Shown here: positions 15,622 through 20,000 of the stretch, piece by piece
Position numbering within the stretch: the first letter of the stretch is position 1
Layout: every line of letters begins with the position of its first letter
IMG/VR virus record: IMGVR_UViG_3300031539_000003
Source: an uncultured virus (IMG/VR IMGVR_UViG_3300031539_000003)
Lineage: Duplodnaviria; Heunggongvirae; Uroviricota; Caudoviricetes
Length of the DNA stretch: 20,000 nucleotides
Strand: one strand, 5' to 3'
The notes under the pieces: model-generated
Database searches by the model: none
Seen by the model: the letters and a program-made list of their open reading frames with translations, nothing else
Told to the model about the DNA's origin: nothing
Made by a program: the position numbers and the translations under genes

Positions 15622-16872
15622 TTAACTGATTACTATATCTTCTACATCGGTTACCTTATCCCTATCTATTGCCAACCCATCACCATCATTATCTATTAAA
15701 ATAATTTCCCTTTTTTCCCAATCCCCAACATTCGCATTACCTGAAAAAACAACCTGTCCTTGCCATGTGCCTGATATAAGTAAATGAGAAACAACTTTTC
15801 TTTGCCCATCACTATGCTTATAAACTGTAATCACCCTTGCCCAAAAAGATTCATTATTAAAATTGCTATCAGAAAAAACAATAGGCAAAGCCAAAATATG
15901 AGTTGCACTAACTACTGATGTTTTTGTAACACCAGACCCCTTATCAAAGGAGTTCCCACCTACTATCTGTGATAAAAATGTCGATTGTATCTCATATGCC
16001 CCTATATCCCATGTTTGATAAATAGGTCTTAACGAACCATCTATATCAACATTCGTAGTCTCAATATTAGTCCCAGCATCCAGGCATGGAGATGTATTCT
16101 GTAAACTATAATCACCACTACTATAATTAGTAAATAAAGGATCTGTTATAACAGAATTAACTGGAGATGGAGTATTTAGAGTATCCGCGATAGCAGAATC
16201 ATAAAAACAATTATTAGTAATAACTAAATCACTATTAGCCATACCGGTAATATCAAGATCAGACAAAACACCATAATTAAATCTATAAAAAATATTATTA
16301 CTAATATTACTATTTGTGATACCATTTGGGACAGATTCCCATTGAAAATTAATCCCATAATTACTCTGTGGGACTCTATCTACAAATGTATTTTGAATAA
16401 TATTCAAATTGTCTATATCTAATAAATTTGAACTACCAATTAATATCCAATATGGATCACCAACCATATTAAAAACATTTGTTCTAATGGTAACATTTGC
16501 TATCGTAGCCAAGCCTATACCAACATCAATCATCGATCCAACAGCACCGGAAAAACGGAAACCCTCAACAACCATATTACTAACTATGCTCACCTTATCA
16601 ACAAGTGGTATCCCATTACTCTCTACATCCCATACTGTTAATATAAACTTATTGGTCAGAGTGGGACTTAATGTCGTAGCATCTATTGTCCCATATGACG
16701 ATAAACCATTAGCTTTAATTCTAATTGTATGCGCGGTGCTACCAAAACCAACAATACCTATCCTTGAAATAGCATAAGCAACCGTCTCTATCGGAGAGAC
16801 ATCTCCCCCATTATCTTCACCGTCAAACCCAGTAACTGTATCAACATACCATATAGGCCCTTCATAAGCCAT
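15622..16872 (-). CDS. Right-handed beta-helix (pectin-lyase-like) protein with extra C-terminal domain
   Basis: N-cap WYVDTVTGFD...SPIETVAYAI; Asn-ladder repeats (IRTNVF, IIQNTF, ISNNIF, ITNNCF); C-cap DPLFTNYSSGDYSLQNTSPCLDAG...DIDGSLRP...WDIGAYE; then about 120 further residues. Confidence 0.8.
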   Translation of the reverse strand: MAYEGPIWYVDTVTGFDGEDNGGDVSPIETVAYAISRIGIVGFGSTAHTIRIKANGLSSYGTIDATTLSPTLTNKFILTVWDVESNGIPLVDKVSIVSNMVVEGFRFSGAVGSMIDVGIGLATIANVTIRTNVFNMVGDPYWILIGSSNLLDIDNLNIIQNTFVDRVPQSNYGINFQWESVPNGITNSNISNNIFYRFNYGVLSDLDITGMANSDLVITNNCFYDSAIADTLNTPSPVNSVITDPLFTNYSSGDYSLQNTSPCLDAGTNIETTNVDIDGSLRPIYQTWDIGAYEIQSTFLSQIVGGNSFDKGSGVTKTSVVSATHILALPIVFSDSNFNNESFWARVITVYKHSDGQRKVVSHLLISGTWQGQVVFSGNANVGDWEKREIILIDNDGDGLAIDRDKVTDVEDIVIS

Positions 16873-16914
16873 ATCTATCTCCCACTACAAATTATTTATC
16901 TTATTTAACGGTTA

Positions 16915-17985
16915 TTACCAAGTCTGTTTTCTAATTCTCAACTCATCACGCAATGCCCTATTTACAGCAGATGCTCTGACTGCATCTGAATCTCTAGGTT
17001 GAGCACCAGTTACCCTATTTACTCTTGACGCTGCCCTTTTAGACGTAGCATTAATCTGCCCTTGCGTGACACCCCTCCAAGGAATCCCCTGCCTATCTGC
17101 ACCAGCTTGTATAAAACGTCTCTGTCGTTCGAGCTTCCCATTTGTAGTACTCAAACTTTTTGTAATACCACCTGCTAAATTATTAAGAATAGCACCCTTT
17201 TTCTCTCTAGTTTTTATATTGGATTGTCTCCGTTTTCCTTTTCCCAAACCAGTTCTTTGCAAACTCCTAGCCTGACTCAAATATTTTTTTACAAATTTAG
17301 GGATATTTTTTTGATCAGATCCAAACTTATGTTTCAAAAGATTAGAAACAGCCTTATTCAATGGAGAATTACTTCTATTATAAGCAGTATCCCCACTACT
17401 TGCCTTTGTTATTTTATTGGCTAACCCCTGAAAATCTTTTAAATCTTTTTGGAGTGTATTTAAACCAAAAAAACCAGATGCAACCATAGATGCATTACCA
17501 GCTAACCTATTCCTTCCCATATGTTGTTCCATCAAATTACGAGCTTGATTATTCCAATAAGTTATCCTTGGTTTATCTCCCTTTGCTGCAGCACGATTTC
17601 TATTATCCAAAAGTTTATTGTATTTTTTCTCAACATCTTTAAAATCTTTTTTGTTATCCCCTGTTTTACGCACCATTTTATCATCACCTGGAACAGAAAA
17701 AATAACCTGACTCTCAGTCTGATTATTAGCCCAATGTCTAACATCAGTAAAAAAATCTTGCATCTGTTTCTGTGCATCATTCATCTGACTATATCTTTCA
17801 TTTATTTCTTTTTGAGTATAGGGAGTTCCAGGCCTACCTTCATTAATCATCTCTCTAACAGCTTCTTGATTTCTAACATTTGCCTGATTACTCGCAGGAT
17901 CAGCCCGCGTTTGATCCCATGATGGATTTGCAATAAGCCTAGACCCAGCCGCTGATACAAGTTCTCCTCCTACATACGTTCCCAT
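16915..17985 (-). CDS. Hypothetical very basic protein (possible internal/core or ejection protein)
   Basis: 356 aa, rich in K/R/N/Q/A/G, no Cys, strong SD AGGAGG, double TAA stop; no recognised family. Confidence 0.7.
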   Translation of the reverse strand: MGTYVGGELVSAAGSRLIANPSWDQTRADPASNQANVRNQEAVREMINEGRPGTPYTQKEINERYSQMNDAQKQMQDFFTDVRHWANNQTESQVIFSVPGDDKMVRKTGDNKKDFKDVEKKYNKLLDNRNRAAAKGDKPRITYWNNQARNLMEQHMGRNRLAGNASMVASGFFGLNTLQKDLKDFQGLANKITKASSGDTAYNRSNSPLNKAVSNLLKHKFGSDQKNIPKFVKKYLSQARSLQRTGLGKGKRRQSNIKTREKKGAILNNLAGGITKSLSTTNGKLERQRRFIQAGADRQGIPWRGVTQGQINATSKRAASRVNRVTGAQPRDSDAVRASAVNRALRDELRIRKQTW

Positions 17986-18065
17986 TTTTATCCTCCTACA
18001 ACAATATCGGATTTACAATCTCATTTTTAATACTTTATTTTTCGCACAAAAAATATCGAAACTAT

Positions 18066-19055
18066 TTATTCTGACTGCTGATTTTTTTGAACCATTTCAG
18101 TAATATCTAATGCTGATTCTATCTCTTCATCAGATATGTTACTACTCTCTCGTTTCTTTTCTTCCATGTCTGCCATTGCAGTTTGAAAATCATCATGAGT
18201 CCTTATTTCTTGCCTTTCACCCTTTTTATCTTTCTCTTCATTAATAATAGCCTGTTTCTTTTCTCTATCTGCTTTAGCTGCATCGATGAGTTTTACCATA
18301 TTCGCTATATTATCTTCACTCTCTTCTTTCTCATCTGCTGTTTTTGGAGTAAGTTTTAATAACTCTAATAGTTTAATTAATGTACCTTGATCCTTTTGTA
18401 TCTCATTATTCAATAAGTTAGAAACTTTAACTTGTTTTAATTCTCCAGTAATAGGATCAGGTCTATTGAGTATTTGAGTTACATCTTCTGATTTGATATA
18501 ACTCATTTTTCTATCTAACAACTCCCATGTAGCCCCAGTCAAATCAGCCAAATTACTATAATGAGCCAATAGTGATTCATTATCATCATATCTCTCAGAT
18601 ATAATTTTCTTTATAGGTCTTATAAACTTCTTCCTTTTATCAGCGCTAACAGGACAAATATCCCCTTCAACATGCTCTCTAAATTTACATATACCATAAA
18701 AAGGGCATTGATCCGAACACTTGAACCCCTCAATATGAGGGTTAAATGTTAATTCACTTTCTTCATCAGTATTGTCAGGAATATTTGTTGATTTTTTAAT
18801 AGAATCAACAACAGAGGCAGGGGTTTGATCTTTCGATGGAATATCAAAATAATCCAACCAATTTAAAACCGTATTTTTACTAACACTTATAGCTTCCTGA
18901 CCATTTTCCGGATCGGCTTCAACAGTTAAAAAATCGGCTATTTCAGCAAGAGATTTCCCCTTCCCTATATGAAGTTCTATCAACAAATCTTTTAGTGATC
19001 CGCTGTCCTTACAATGATACTGCTCAACAACATATCTTTTGCTTATTCTAGCCAT
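18066..19055 (-). CDS. Probable terminase small subunit (N-terminal HTH, 4-Cys cluster, oligomerisation helices)
   Basis: HTH-like KSLAEIADFL...VSKNTVLNWL; CSDQCPFYGIC...CPV; a helix-hairpin-helix ending LIKLLELLKLTPKT, resembling the LGLTP motif of P27-type small terminases. Lies upstream of TerL. Confidence 0.55.
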   Translation of the reverse strand: MARISKRYVVEQYHCKDSGSLKDLLIELHIGKGKSLAEIADFLTVEADPENGQEAISVSKNTVLNWLDYFDIPSKDQTPASVVDSIKKSTNIPDNTDEESELTFNPHIEGFKCSDQCPFYGICKFREHVEGDICPVSADKRKKFIRPIKKIISERYDDNESLLAHYSNLADLTGATWELLDRKMSYIKSEDVTQILNRPDPITGELKQVKVSNLLNNEIQKDQGTLIKLLELLKLTPKTADEKEESEDNIANMVKLIDAAKADREKKQAIINEEKDKKGERQEIRTHDDFQTAMADMEEKKRESSNISDEEIESALDITEMVQKNQQSE

Positions 19056-19063
19056 AGTTACCT

Positions 19064-20000
19064 CTAAATACCAAAAACTTTAAAATAGGTTAATTCTGTT
19101 TCACTTAAAGGTTCAACTTTGATTACGTAAATCCTAACTTTATCGGTATAAACTGAAAAACCAGAAAAAGTATATTCTATCTTCTGTAAATAATCAACAT
19201 TCTGAATATCTTGCCATTTAACACCATCGAAATATTGTAATTTAGCAAATAAAATACCGGTTGATAATGTTCTTTTTCTAAAATAGACATCTGTTATTTG
19301 CCTGTTTTCATCAAAAGAAGCTTCAATCCATGCATCGCTTCCCCTCTGACTACCCCACCAAGTCATCGCATTACCATCTACTGCTTTTTCTCCTTCTTCT
19401 CCTGATTTTGCACTATCTATTCTGATAAAAGCCTCAACAGTAATATCATTCTCAGCTTCAACGGAAGCAATCCTGGATGGGCCAACAATAGCAGTCATAG
19501 AAGTTCTCCCCTGCATGTAGCTTTGGCTATTTGCTGATACAACTTCCAATATGTAATAATAATCCTTGTTAGGAATTAAATTAGTATCCAAAAACGATAA
19601 ATCATCAATCATATTTATATTTATCTTTTCAAATCTTTCCTGAATATCATCACTTCTATAAACATTGTACCCAGCAACATATTCAAACGTACTCGCTTTC
19701 CACGTCAGCATAATAGAATCGCCGGTATTAAAATCAGTTGCCCTAAAAGATGTAGGAATGTCAGGATGGGTATTCCCGTCATTTTTCTGAATTACGGCAT
19801 CTAATACATACCCCTGAGGGCTGTCTTCATATATAGTATAAAAACCATCTTTATTAAATTCAACAATATAATCATCAAACTCTGTAGTATAATCAACGTT
19901 ATCATATAATCCATTACTATCGGTAACAGCTTCCCCGACCTTATGATAAACAGAGACATTAACATCTTCCTGAGGAATTTGCCCCTGATCTTTTACGCTC
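19064..20000 (-). CDS. Multi-domain surface/structural protein: CarboxypepD-reg-like + FN3 + F5/8 type C (discoidin); 5' end beyond the window
   Basis: The frame of the 19064-19711 ORF stays open to the window edge (SVKDQGQIPQEDVNVSV...AVTDSNGLY...YIVEFNKDGF). It continues into FN3 (PDIPTSFRA...IMLTW...VAGYNVYRS...FLDTNLIPNKDYYY) and discoidin (KAVDGNAMTWW...AWIEASF...LQYFDGVKW...KVRIYV) domains. Confidence 0.78.
   Translation of the reverse strand, partial: SVKDQGQIPQEDVNVSVYHKVGEAVTDSNGLYDNVDYTTEFDDYIVEFNKDGFYTIYEDSPQGYVLDAVIQKNDGNTHPDIPTSFRATDFNTGDSIMLTWKASTFEYVAGYNVYRSDDIQERFEKININMIDDLSFLDTNLIPNKDYYYILEVVSANSQSYMQGRTSMTAIVGPSRIASVEAENDITVEAFIRIDSAKSGEEGEKAVDGNAMTWWGSQRGSDAWIEASFDENRQITDVYFRKRTLSTGILFAKLQYFDGVKWQDIQNVDYLQKIEYTFSGFSVYTDKVRIYVIKVEPLSETELTYFKVFGI

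Noticed and set aside
722..17922. All other plus-strand ORFs and short alternative-frame minus ORFs in the track
   Set aside because: They overlap well-supported minus-strand genes (wholly or largely), show no recognisable motifs, and look like antisense or frame shadows.
6025..17985. N-myristoylation signal in the MG-starting proteins
   Set aside because: None has Ser/Thr at position 6 of the MGxxxS/T consensus, and the context is prokaryotic.
1..20000. Stop-codon recoding, tRNA genes, DGR or programmed frameshift
   Set aside because: Genes tile the minus strand densely under the standard code. I saw no cloverleaf, reverse transcriptase, TR/VR pair or convincing slippery site with an overlapping frame.

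Overview
This 20 kb window is the DNA-packaging and head-morphogenesis module of a tailed dsDNA virus (Caudoviricetes, HK97 lineage), encoded entirely on the minus strand. In transcription order: a truncated CarboxypepD-reg-like/FN3/discoidin protein, a probable terminase small subunit (HTH + 4-Cys), a basic orphan, a beta-helix protein, terminase large subunit with a 443-aa LAGLIDADG intein, a basic orphan ending in a RuvA-C/UBA-like helical domain, a classic-clade AAA+ ATPase, portal with a 342-aa LAGLIDADG intein, a MuF/SPP1-gp7-like protein, two orphans, a 1014-aa prohead protease-scaffold fusion, a capsid cement/decoration protein, the major capsid protein, an intrinsic terminator and a truncated probable head-tail adaptor. 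AAGGAGG(T) ribosome-binding sites, a stem-loop + U terminator and a sigma70-like promoter point to a bacterial host, but this is not proven. The most notable observations are: (i) an AAA+ ATPase and a candidate adaptor inserted between TerL and portal; (ii) a duplicated, gap-free 40-aa four-His module in the protease-scaffold, with a strong nested in-frame start that would give a free scaffold; (iii) inteins in both TerL and portal; (iv) several basic MG-initiated orphans that may be internal or ejected proteins. All assignments come from motif recognition by eye; no database search was run.
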